A DNA stretch of 64,000 nucleotides, taken from Spirochaetia bacterium. Lineage in GTDB: Bacteria > Spirochaetota > Spirochaetia > SZUA-6 > Bin103. The stretch's first letter is position 1. Each line of letters starts with the position of its first letter. Shown here piece by piece: positions 20,270-29,302 of the stretch. The notes under the pieces are model-generated. The model made no database searches. It saw only the letters and a list, made by a program, of their open reading frames with translations, and had not been told where the DNA came from. The stretch is taken from contig CBDAOI010000004.1 in NCBI GenBank assembly GCA_965198005.1, forward strand, positions 2,144,001-2,208,000, read 5' to 3'. The position numbers and the translations under genes are program-made.

Positions 20270-20832
20270 ATCTCCATTATTTCCTGTTCTTTGGCGGCGA
20301 GCAGCGTGTTGATCTGCTCGATCCGTTCATTGGTAAGCGTCTGAATCCGGTCCACCCCGCGCTTGGCGTCGTCCTCGCTCAACCCCTCTTTCTTCTGCTG
20401 CTTGACACTCTCGTTCAGGTCCCGGCGGATGTTGCGCACCGCCACCCGCGCCTGTTCCGCGGCTGCCCGTGCCTGCCGGACAATCTCTTTGCGGCGCTCC
20501 TCGGTGAGCTGCGGGATACTGATGCGGATCACCTTGCCGTCGTTGTTCGGATTGAGCGAGAGGTCGGCCTTCTGGATGGCTCGCTCGATTCCGCCCAGCA
20601 GCGCGCGATCCCACGGCTGGATGATCACCAATCGAGCTTCGGGGATCGATATGGTCGCGGTCTGGTTCAGCGGCATCCGCTGCCCGTACGCTTCGACGCG
20701 AATCCGGTCGAACATCGCCGCACTGGCGCGTCCGGTTCGAATCGTCTTGAATTCGTCCGCCAACGCGTCGATCGACTTCTGCATGCGCTGGCTGGCTGTG
20801 CTGGAGAAATCGGCCACGCTACTCTCCCTCAA
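20266..20832 (-). CDS. frr: Ribosome recycling factor
   Basis: IRTGRAS, IQPWD, LTEERRKEIV, RVAVRNIRRD. Confidence 0.96.
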   Translation of the reverse strand: MRESSVADFSSTASQRMQKSIDALADEFKTIRTGRASAAMFDRIRVEAYGQRMPLNQTATISIPEARLVIIQPWDRALLGGIERAIQKADLSLNPNNDGKVIRISIPQLTEERRKEIVRQARAAAEQARVAVRNIRRDLNESVKQQKKEGLSEDDAKRGVDRIQTLTNERIEQINTLLAAKEQEIMEI

Positions 20833-21680
20833 GCTTCGGCGTTCTCACCCACCCGGTAGTATACGAACTCGCGGATCGCCACGTCGGTGCCGAGCGACCG
20901 GCCAAGGTCCGCCACCACCTGCCTGACGCTACGCTTCTGCTCCTTCACGAACGGCTGTTCCAGCAAGCATACCTCCTGCAGGTGCTTGCGCAGCTTTCCC
21001 TTCACGATGCCGGCCACCACGTGCGCGGGCTTGTCCAATCCTTCCGCCTGCTTGCGAAAGATCGCCTCATGCTCGGAGAGGTACCCGGCGTCCACCCGGT
21101 CGGGGCCCAGAAACGGCGGCGCGAACGCAGCGACGTGCAACGCGAGATCGAACGCCACCCGTCCGAGGCGTTCGTCCTGCGCCTTGGCAGCGTCCGCCGC
21201 GTTCAACTTGACCAGGACACCGATCGCGCCTTCGCCGTGGACGTAATCGGCAACATGGTCACCCGGCTCCACCGCCAGGTAGCGGAAGCGGCGTACCTCG
21301 ATGTTCTCCTTGATCTTGCCGATCGCCTCGGTCATCAGGCCCCGCATGTGCTCGGTGGGGGCGTCGGGACGGCTTTCGGCCACCGCGCTCACCAACCGCT
21401 CACCGAGCTCCACGAACTGCGAATTGCGCGCCACGAAGTCGGTTTCGGTGGACAACTCGAGGATCGCGGCGGTGCCCGAACCATTGGCGAGCGAGAACAC
21501 CCGCCCCTCGGTGGTGGCACGCCCGCTGCGCTTGGCGGCGGCGGCCAGGCCCATCTCCTTGAGCCGGCGCTCGGCCGCGGCGGAGTCTCCCCCCACCTCC
21601 ACCAGGGCGCGCTTGCAGTCCATCATGCCCGCCCCGGTCTGTTCTCTGAGACGTTTTACGTCCTTCGCTGTAATTGCCAC
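20829..21680 (-). CDS. tsf: Elongation factor Ts
   Basis: LREQTGAGMMDCKRAL, ETDFVARN. Confidence 0.97.
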   Translation of the reverse strand: MAITAKDVKRLREQTGAGMMDCKRALVEVGGDSAAAERRLKEMGLAAAAKRSGRATTEGRVFSLANGSGTAAILELSTETDFVARNSQFVELGERLVSAVAESRPDAPTEHMRGLMTEAIGKIKENIEVRRFRYLAVEPGDHVADYVHGEGAIGVLVKLNAADAAKAQDERLGRVAFDLALHVAAFAPPFLGPDRVDAGYLSEHEAIFRKQAEGLDKPAHVVAGIVKGKLRKHLQEVCLLEQPFVKEQKRSVRQVVADLGRSLGTDVAIREFVYYRVGENAEA

Positions 21681-21710
21681 GTACTGCTCCCGTTCACGTG
21701 CGACCAGGTT

Positions 21711-22709
21711 TCAGCGGCCGTCATACAGGGTATCTTCGTCGATCCCCGCCTTCTCGGTGACGGTCTCGGGTTCCGACTGAGCTTCTTTCCGCCCCTGCGC
21801 CTCCGGGTTGTAGTCGGAGTAGTCCCGGTCGGTGAAGCCTCCCGCGTCAGCCAAGCCCGCGTCGCCGCCCGCCGCAGTACCGGCCATCTCGCCCAGCGGG
21901 ACCGTCTCCGTCTGCACGCTCGCCTCGCCGTACTCGTCGCCGTACTGGTCCTTGTCGATCACCCGGTTGTAGTCGTATTCCTCGCTCCGGTCCTCATCCT
22001 GGAGAGTCTCGATGACTTCGAGACCAACCTCGTTCTCGGCCTCGACCACGGCGTTGGCTACGATCTGCGTGAACAGATTGATGGCGCGAATCGCGTCGTC
22101 GTTACCCGGGATCGGCAGGTCGATCACGTTCGGATTGCAGTTGGTGTCGACGATGGCCACGACCGGGATGTTCATCTTGTTGGCCTCGGCGATGGCGATC
22201 GCCTCCTTGCGCGTGTCGACCACGAACATGACGCCCGGCAGATCCTTCATCTCCTTGATGCCGCCGAGGTTGCGTTCCAGCCGGGCCTGCTCCTTCTGCA
22301 TGCGCGAGATCTCTTTCTTGGTCATGTTCGCGAACGTACCGTCGACTTCCATCTTCTCGATTTTCTTCAATTTCAGCACCGACCGCTTGATCGTGGAGAA
22401 ATTGGTGAGCATTCCCCCCAGCCACCGGCTGTTCACGTAATACATGCTGCAGCGCTTCGCTTCCCGTTCGATTGACTGCTGCGCCTGCTTCTTGGTGCCG
22501 ACGAACAGCACGTGCTTGCCGGCGAGCACCGCCTGGCGTACCGCCTCGTACGCCTCCTTGATGGCGGTGATGGTCTTCTGGAGATCGATGATGTGGATCC
22601 CGTTGCGCTCGGCGAAGATGTACCGCGCCATACGCGGATCCCAACGCTTGGTCTGATGCCCGAAGTGGACCCCGGACTCAAGCAGATTCTTCATGGTAAC
22701 GACGGCCAA
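21711..22709 (-). CDS. rpsB: 30S ribosomal protein S2 with acidic C-terminal tail
   Basis: [32 protein letters not shown]. Confidence 0.97.
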   Translation of the reverse strand: MAVVTMKNLLESGVHFGHQTKRWDPRMARYIFAERNGIHIIDLQKTITAIKEAYEAVRQAVLAGKHVLFVGTKKQAQQSIEREAKRCSMYYVNSRWLGGMLTNFSTIKRSVLKLKKIEKMEVDGTFANMTKKEISRMQKEQARLERNLGGIKEMKDLPGVMFVVDTRKEAIAIAEANKMNIPVVAIVDTNCNPNVIDLPIPGNDDAIRAINLFTQIVANAVVEAENEVGLEVIETLQDEDRSEEYDYNRVIDKDQYGDEYGEASVQTETVPLGEMAGTAAGGDAGLADAGGFTDRDYSDYNPEAQGRKEAQSEPETVTEKAGIDEDTLYDGR

Positions 22710-22756
22710 TTATTCCTCCCTGGCACCGCCATGGTCGCGTGCACGCCGCGGCGGTG

Positions 22757-23350
22757 CTACCGGAACCGGTAACCGGTCTGCGCCAACATACGATAAATCG
22801 TTTCCAGCGGCAACCCGACCACGTTGCTGTAGGAGCCGTGCACGCGCCGCACCAAAAGGCCGCCCCGGCCCTGAATGCGGTATCCGCCGGCCGCCCCGCG
22901 CCACTCGCCGGTGGCCAGATACCACTCCCGCTCGCACGGTGCAAGCGGCGCGAATTCCACCTCGGTACGCACCAGCCCGGTCACCGCCGCGCCGCCCGGC
23001 GGACACAGCGCCACCCCCGACAGCACCACGTGCGTGGTACCCGCCAGGCGGGCCAGGATGCGGGCCGCGGCGTCGCGGTCGGGCGGCTTGCCGACCAGCC
23101 GGCCGTCCAGCACGATCGCGGTGTCCGCGGCCACGATCCAGGCGGGGCGCCGGATGCGCCGCGCCACCGCGTCCGCCTTGCGCCGCGCCAGCTCCACCAC
23201 CGCCTGGCGCGGCGGCAGCGCCGCGGCCGCCGCCTCGTCCAGGTCCGGCGGGACGACCTGGACCGGCAGCGACACCGCCTCCAGCAGCCGCCGCCGCGGC
23301 GGCGACCGGGAGGCGAGCACGATGGTCGGCGAGAGTGGCGAGAGTGTCAT
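22757..23350 (-). CDS. maf: Maf family nucleotide pyrophosphatase
   Basis: IVLASRSPPRR, AADT, GKP, AGGYRIQG, NVVGLP. Confidence 0.9.
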   Translation of the reverse strand: MTLSPLSPTIVLASRSPPRRRLLEAVSLPVQVVPPDLDEAAAAALPPRQAVVELARRKADAVARRIRRPAWIVAADTAIVLDGRLVGKPPDRDAAARILARLAGTTHVVLSGVALCPPGGAAVTGLVRTEVEFAPLAPCEREWYLATGEWRGAAGGYRIQGRGGLLVRRVHGSYSNVVGLPLETIYRMLAQTGYRFR

Positions 23351-23402
23351 CACTTGCACCTTCAACGGTGGATTCGTAGGATGAGAGTTACACAGAGGAG
23401 CC

Positions 23403-24368
23403 ATGAGTACCAGACCACAGATCTTCAACACCTATGCCAATCTCGAAGCGGACCTCGTGGCGCGGCTCGAGGCCGCCGGCGACGTGCGTCCGGTCGCTGC
23501 CGGCGCGCGCGCCGACGTGCTGCGTCAGCTCGCGCCGGCGCACGGCCTGTTCGGCCACGTAGCCGTGGACGCGGAGCTGCTCGACGCGGCCCCTGACCTG
23601 AAAGTCGTAGCCACCGTCAGCGTCGGCTACGACCGCATCGACGTGACCGCCGCCACCGCGCGCGGCGTGGCGGTGTGCAACACGCCCGGCGTGCTGACCG
23701 GAGCGGTGGCGGACGTGACCACGGTGCTGATCATCATGCTCGCCCGGCGCATCCTGGAGAACGAGGCGTTCGCGCGCAGCGGCGCCTGGGGGCGGCGCGA
23801 GCGGCTGCCGGGGCTGGGCGTGGACATTGCCGGCAAGACCCTCGGGGTGGTCGGGTTCGGCCGTATCGGCCGTGAGGTCGCACGCCGCATGCAGGCGTTG
23901 GGGATGCGTCCGACCTGGTACGACATCTTCGATCAGCTTCCCGCGGGCGCGCCCGACGTGCCCTACCGGCCGCTGGACCAGTTGCTGCGCGAGTCGCACT
24001 TCGTGTCCGTTCACATGGACCTCAACGACAGCTCGCGCAAGCTGATCGGCGCCCGCGAACTGGGCCTGATGCGCGGCGACGCGTACCTGATCAACACCGC
24101 CCGTGGCGGCGCGGTGGATCAGGCGGCGCTCACCGACGCCCTGCGTAGCGGCAGCATTGCCGGCGCGGGGCTGGACGTGGTCGATCCGGAGCCCCCGGCC
24201 GAAGATGAACCGCTGGTCACCCTGCCCAACGCGATCGTCCTGCCGCACATGGCCAGCGCCACGCACGAAACCCGCCGGGCGATGCGCGAGTTGGCGGTGG
24301 ACAACGTGGTGGACGTGCTGGCGGGCAGACGGCCGCGGGCGATCGTCAATCCGGAAGTGCTGGAGTGA
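23403..24368 (+). CDS. D-2-hydroxyacid dehydrogenase (glyoxylate reductase-like)
   Basis: GVVGFGRIG, INTARG, GLDV..PEP, LPHMASAT. Confidence 0.92.
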   Translation: MSTRPQIFNTYANLEADLVARLEAAGDVRPVAAGARADVLRQLAPAHGLFGHVAVDAELLDAAPDLKVVATVSVGYDRIDVTAATARGVAVCNTPGVLTGAVADVTTVLIIMLARRILENEAFARSGAWGRRERLPGLGVDIAGKTLGVVGFGRIGREVARRMQALGMRPTWYDIFDQLPAGAPDVPYRPLDQLLRESHFVSVHMDLNDSSRKLIGARELGLMRGDAYLINTARGGAVDQAALTDALRSGSIAGAGLDVVDPEPPAEDEPLVTLPNAIVLPHMASATHETRRAMRELAVDNVVDVLAGRRPRAIVNPEVLE

Positions 24369-24512
24369 CCGGCCGGCAACCCCGGCAACCGGCGTGCCTG
24401 GACCGGAAGCCGCATTTTCTGCAATACTCGGTCATGCACCGACACGCACCTGCACGCTGGCGGCGGCGCGCAGGTGTGGCGACCTGAAACGTGCGGCGAG
24501 GTAAACGCGACC

Positions 24513-24761
24513 ATGAACGATGTTGATCTGCAGAGCGAGCTGGAACGGCTGAGGGCCGAAAATGCGGCGTTGAAGCGTCTCCGTACCGCCGGACTGACCT
24601 TGAAGGTAAGCGGCAAGGGCGCGTTGTCCGTCTACGGCCTCGGGCGGTTCCCGGTCACACTGTACCGGGAGCAATGGGAACGGCTGCTCAACATGACCGA
24701 CGAGATCCGGAGCTTCATAAGCGAGCACGCCTCCGAGTTCAAGACCCTGGCGGACCGGTAG
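24513..24761 (+). CDS. Small conserved hypothetical protein
   Basis: Coiled-coil N-terminus, then KVSGKGALSVYGLGRFPVTLYREQW; RBS GAGG. Confidence 0.8.
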   Translation: MNDVDLQSELERLRAENAALKRLRTAGLTLKVSGKGALSVYGLGRFPVTLYREQWERLLNMTDEIRSFISEHASEFKTLADR

Positions 24762-24771
24762 CCGGGGGTCT

Positions 24772-25572
24772 TTACCCGGTTGCGCCGATCAACTCGCGCA
24801 GCTTGGCCCCGGCGTCGTTCCAGAACTGGCGCAACACGCCGTGGTCGCCGCCCAGGGAAAAGTGGCGGACGCCCAGGTCCAGGTACGCCTGCGCCTCGTC
24901 GGGATGGGAGATCTCCGCGCGCGGCGCCACGCCCAATGCGAGTGCGCGCTCGAACACCTTGTCGCGCGCCGCCGCCACCTCGGGATGCGTGCTCCGGCCG
25001 TAGCCGGCACTGCCGTACCCGGAGCTCATCGCGAAGTCGGTGCCGCCCCATTGCACCAGGTCGACGCCCGGCACCGCCAGGATTTCCTCCAGGTTCTCCA
25101 GCGTCGGCTGCTTTTCGATCATGATCGCCACCACCACGTCCCGAATCGCCTGCAGGTACTCCGGGCTGCCGACTCCGGTGAGGGCATTGCGACGTACGGC
25201 CGCACCGTACAGTCCGCCGTCCTCGGGTGTGTCGGGACGGGCGACGCGCAGGCAGGCACGTACGTCGTCCGCCGAGCGGCAGTCGGTGAACAGCACCGAT
25301 TCGAACCCGGCGCCGATGCCACGCTGCGCCAGGAACCACTGGTGGCTCTGATCGATCTTGAACATCGACCCCATCCCGTGCAGCTCCGCGGCGCGGCAGA
25401 AGTTGTCCAGGTCGTGCATGTGGAAGGAACCATACTCGCCCACGAACTCGACGTAGTCGTAATGCCCGGTTTGTCCCGCGATCTCGACCAGGGTCGGGTC
25501 GCACACGTACAACCGCGTGCCGACGGTAATCTGGCCGGAGTTCAGCTTCCGGCGCAGGGAATTCGCTCTCAT
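24772..25572 (-). CDS. HpcH/HpaI aldolase family protein
   Basis: YDYVEFVGEY, IMIEK, EEILAVPGVDLVQWGGTD. Confidence 0.88.
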   Translation of the reverse strand: MRANSLRRKLNSGQITVGTRLYVCDPTLVEIAGQTGHYDYVEFVGEYGSFHMHDLDNFCRAAELHGMGSMFKIDQSHQWFLAQRGIGAGFESVLFTDCRSADDVRACLRVARPDTPEDGGLYGAAVRRNALTGVGSPEYLQAIRDVVVAIMIEKQPTLENLEEILAVPGVDLVQWGGTDFAMSSGYGSAGYGRSTHPEVAAARDKVFERALALGVAPRAEISHPDEAQAYLDLGVRHFSLGGDHGVLRQFWNDAGAKLRELIGATG

Positions 25573-25665
25573 GAAATCTCCTCGTTGGGTCGTCAGGGAT
25601 AGGACGTGACCGGTGGTAAGATAGCACGGTAGAGGGCTTGTGTGTGCGTGCCGCGGCGGCTCCGG

Positions 25666-26103
25666 TCAGTGGTGGTCGAACCGCATGCCGCGGCTGCGGC
25701 ACTGAAATCCGAGCTTCTCGTAGAACGGGACGAGCTGCCGGTCGCAGTCCAGGATCGTCTTGTAGCAGCCTGCCGCCGCCGCCCTCTGCAGCAGGTAACC
25801 GACCAGCGCGCGGCCGATCCCCCGCCCCTGCCGGTCCGCCGCCACCGCCACGTCTTCGACGTGGCCGGCCGTGCCGCCGCCGTGAATGAACTTGTGCTCG
25901 ATCAGCAGCGTCGCCGTCCCGACCACCCGGCCGTCGAGCTCCGCCACGGCCACCACGCAGTCGGGGTTGCGCTCCAGCCGCCGGAACACCGCGTGGGTCT
26001 GCTCCGGCTCGAGGCCGCTGGCCGGACGCAGCGCGTCCAGCGCCTGGAGGAACCCGTTTGCCAGATCGGCGGCCAGCAACGGCCGAATGATCACCCCGTC
26101 CAT
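25666..26103 (-). CDS. GNAT acetyltransferase, GNA1-like (glucosamine-6-phosphate N-acetyltransferase)
   Basis: IEHKFIHGGGTAGHVEDVAV, CYKTILDC, FYEKLGF. Confidence 0.85.
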   Translation of the reverse strand: MDGVIIRPLLAADLANGFLQALDALRPASGLEPEQTHAVFRRLERNPDCVVAVAELDGRVVGTATLLIEHKFIHGGGTAGHVEDVAVAADRQGRGIGRALVGYLLQRAAAAGCYKTILDCDRQLVPFYEKLGFQCRSRGMRFDHH

Positions 26104-26239
26104 GACCGCACCGTAGCGCGATTGCGTCCGACACGTCATGCGGGGTCATGCGCAGGTCATGCGCTATCCAGGCGGGCGCAATTGGGGCACTATCGGATAA
26201 TGGCGGCTGACGCCGCGCACCCGGGACCCGTGCGCGTAC

Positions 26240-27514
26240 ATGACTGACCTGAGGCGGGCGCTGCGCCTGCTCCACCCCGACGTCCGCAAGTACCTGCTGG
26301 TCGCCGCCCTGATCGGCATCAGCTACATGGGCTTCCAGACCGTGCTGTTCAACCTGTTCCTGTTGCGGATGGGGTACGGGACCGACTTCATCGGGATCAG
26401 CAATGGCGGCATGGCGCTCGCGTTCGCGGTGTGCTCGCTGCCGGCCGGGGCGCTGGGTAACCGCTTTGGGCCGCGGCGGGTCACCATGGCCGGGGTATTC
26501 TGTCTGACCGTCGGCAGCATCCTGGTGGCGTTTGCCGGTCTGCTGCCGGGAACCGGGCGTGATCTCTGGATCGTCGCGACGCGGGTTCTGGCCGGGATCG
26601 GATTCGCCCTGCACATGGTCAACGCCTTTCCCTATCTGGTGGCGGCGACCGGACCCGCCGAGCGCCCGCACGCGTTCGCGCTGCTGACGGCGATGCCGCC
26701 GATGGCCGGGTTCGCGGGCGCCATCGTCAGCGGTCTGTTGCCCGAATGGGTGGCCGGCATGCTCGGCCTGCCGCTGACCGACCCTACCCCGTTCGCCCTC
26801 CTGCTGGCGCTGTCCGGCGTGGTCCTGGTGCCGGGGATACTGGCGCAGATGAAGACGCAGGAGCGGCCGGTAGCGCGGCCGCCGCCCCGGACCCGGGCAC
26901 GCGGCGGCGACGCGGCGCACGGCATCGTGCTGGTGATCTTGTTCCTCGGCCTGACCGCGCTGCTGCGCATGGCCGGCGAGAGCGCGGCGCGCAACTTCGT
27001 CAACGTGTACCTGGAGGTGGAGCTCGGCCAGACGCCGGCGCGCATCGGCCTGCTGGTGGCGTTCGGCCAGCTCGTCGCCGGACCGGCCGCACTGGCCGGA
27101 CCGATGGTGGCGGCGCGCACCGGCAAGGTGGCGGCGATCACGGTCTCCACGCTGATCTCGGCGGTGGGCCTGGCGGCGATGGCGGTGATTCCCCACTGGG
27201 CGGTGGCGGGCCTGGGGTTCATCCTTGCGCTCGGCACCCGTTCGATGACCCAGTCGATGGCCAGCGTGCTGCACATGGAAATCGTGCCGGCGCACTGGCG
27301 CGGCGTGACCTCGGCGGTGGTGGCGATGTCGATGGGCACCGGCTTCACGTCAATGGCGTTCGCCGGCGGCTACCTGATCCCGGCGTTCGGATTCGGCGGC
27401 CTGTACGGTCTGGCCGCCGCCGTCGTGGCCTCCAGCGCGGCGGTGTTCTGGCTCTACTTCCGCGTCCCGCGCGGCGAGTACCGGGGCGGACCGGGGGCGC
27501 GGTCGCACGGCTGA
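26240..27514 (+). CDS. MFS transporter
   Basis: About 12 TM segments; GALGNRFGPRR (motif A). Confidence 0.88.
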   Translation: MTDLRRALRLLHPDVRKYLLVAALIGISYMGFQTVLFNLFLLRMGYGTDFIGISNGGMALAFAVCSLPAGALGNRFGPRRVTMAGVFCLTVGSILVAFAGLLPGTGRDLWIVATRVLAGIGFALHMVNAFPYLVAATGPAERPHAFALLTAMPPMAGFAGAIVSGLLPEWVAGMLGLPLTDPTPFALLLALSGVVLVPGILAQMKTQERPVARPPPRTRARGGDAAHGIVLVILFLGLTALLRMAGESAARNFVNVYLEVELGQTPARIGLLVAFGQLVAGPAALAGPMVAARTGKVAAITVSTLISAVGLAAMAVIPHWAVAGLGFILALGTRSMTQSMASVLHMEIVPAHWRGVTSAVVAMSMGTGFTSMAFAGGYLIPAFGFGGLYGLAAAVVASSAAVFWLYFRVPRGEYRGGPGARSHG

Positions 27515-27598
27515 CCGCACTGGCGGCCCGGCAGGGCGCGAACCGTGAAGTGAGCGCTCGCCCGCATGATCCGCCCGTCGGGGGGTCTTGACCGGGTC

Positions 27599-27628
27599 TT
27601 GACCGCCCGCCGACCGCGCCGGTACCGT
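27599..27628 (+). promoter_or_regulatory. Putative ferritin promoter
   Basis: TTGACC, 18 nt spacer, TACCGT; RBS AAGGAG follows. Confidence 0.45.
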
Positions 27629-27650
27629 GTAGGCTAAGGAGCACCCGCAC

Positions 27651-28163
27651 ATGATCTCTGAGAACATCACCCACGCCCTGAACGACCAGATCACCAACGA
27701 GCTGAATTCCAGCTACATCTACCTGGCGATGTCCGCACACTTCTCGGCGCTCAATCTCAACGGCTTCGCCCACTGGTTTCGCATCCAGTACGAAGAGGAG
27801 CGCGGCCATGCGCTACGGATCTATGATCACGTCCTGGACCGGGGGGGAACGGTGAACCTCGCGGCCCTGGCGCAACCCTCCCTGGAGTGGGACTCTCCGC
27901 TGTCGGCGTTTACCGAGGCGCGCGACGAAGAGCGCCGCATCGCCGGCAGCATCGATGAATTGATCGAGCTGGCGGTGGCCGCGAAGGATCACGCGACGCG
28001 CATCCTGCTGGACTGGTTCGTGAGCGAGCAGGTCGAGGAGGAGCGGATCACCACCGAGATCGTCGACCAGTTGCAGATGGTCGGCGACTCCCGGATCGGA
28101 CTGTTCATGATCGACGAGCGCCTCAAGAGCCGGGTCCCGGACGAGGAGCCGCCGGGCGGCTGA
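27651..28163 (+). CDS. ftnA: Non-heme ferritin
   Basis: LNDQITNELNSSYIYL, EERGHA, WFVSEQVEEE. Confidence 0.93.
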   Translation: MISENITHALNDQITNELNSSYIYLAMSAHFSALNLNGFAHWFRIQYEEERGHALRIYDHVLDRGGTVNLAALAQPSLEWDSPLSAFTEARDEERRIAGSIDELIELAVAAKDHATRILLDWFVSEQVEEERITTEIVDQLQMVGDSRIGLFMIDERLKSRVPDEEPPGG

Positions 28164-29289
28164 CCGGCGCGCCGGTCAGCGCCACGGTGACCGGCTGGCC
28201 GGTGTGGAATCGCCTGCAGGCGGGTACGTGCACCGTGAGTTCGCGCACGGCCGGCAGGTCGTCGTCCGCCGCGCCGGCTGAATCGTCGACCCTGACCCGC
28301 AGTTCGCGGAACTCACCCATGAACCGTTGCGCCTGAATCACGCCGCGCAGCCCGGGCGGGAGATGGCCGTTCGCCGAGTCCCCGCCGCTGTCCGTCGCGG
28401 CCGCGACCAGCAGTTGTGCGGGCCGCACGGATACCGCCGGCCCGCCGTTCAGCCGGAACGGCACGGCATTGGCCAGCCGGCCCAGCGCGCACCGCCACGC
28501 CGCACCCACCCGCCGTACCGCGAGCAGATTCGCCGCCCCCAGGTATTCGGCCACGAACGCGTTGGCGGGCGCGGAGTACAGGCTCTCCGCATCGCCCACC
28601 TGCTCGATCCGACCGCGATGCAGCAGCGCGATCCGGTCGGCGACGGTGAACGCTTCGTCGCGATCGTGGGTCACGAACACCGCCGTGGTCCGGGTGGCGC
28701 GCAGCACTTCGCGCACCTCGTGCAACAGGTGCCCCTTGAGCACCGGATCGAGATTGTTGAACGGCTCATCGAACAGCAGCAGCGCCGGCTGCGGTGCCAA
28801 CGCACGCCCGATCGCGGCCCGTTGCGCCTGACCGCCTGATACCTCGTGCGGATAGCGGTCGCGCAGGTCGGTGATGCGCATCAACCCGAGCGTGTGCTCG
28901 GCCCGCTGTCGCCGCCGCGGCTCGGGCAGGCGCCGCAGGCCGAAGCTGACGTTCTGAAGAATCGTGAGGTGCGGCAGCAGCGCGGTCTCCTGAAACACCA
29001 CTCCCACCGCCCGGTCCTCCGGGGGAACGGACACGCGCCCGCCGGCGACCAGGGTTCCGCCCAGATGGATGGTGCCGGCGCCGGGCTGATCGAACCCCGC
29101 CACCAGCCGCAACAGGGTGGTCTTGCCGCTGCCGCTCTCGCCCAGCAGGGCCAATACCGCCCCGCGCTCCAGTGCCAGGGAGACGCCGGCCAGAGCCGGA
29201 CGCGGATTGCCGGCGTACCGCTTGCCGACACCGCTCAACTGCAAGTAGGCCGGTTCCTGTGTCCCGCGGCCGCGCCCGCCGGTGACCAT
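28123..29289 (-). CDS. Fe3+ ABC transporter ATP-binding protein (FbpC-like)
   Basis: GESGSGKT, SGGQAQR, DEPF, VTHD. Confidence 0.9.
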   Translation of the reverse strand: MVTGGRGRGTQEPAYLQLSGVGKRYAGNPRPALAGVSLALERGAVLALLGESGSGKTTLLRLVAGFDQPGAGTIHLGGTLVAGGRVSVPPEDRAVGVVFQETALLPHLTILQNVSFGLRRLPEPRRRQRAEHTLGLMRITDLRDRYPHEVSGGQAQRAAIGRALAPQPALLLFDEPFNNLDPVLKGHLLHEVREVLRATRTTAVFVTHDRDEAFTVADRIALLHRGRIEQVGDAESLYSAPANAFVAEYLGAANLLAVRRVGAAWRCALGRLANAVPFRLNGGPAVSVRPAQLLVAAATDSGGDSANGHLPPGLRGVIQAQRFMGEFRELRVRVDDSAGAADDDLPAVRELTVHVPACRRFHTGQPVTVALTGAPVSRPAAPRPGPGS

Positions 29290-29302
29290 ACGCCGGCGCC
29301 GG

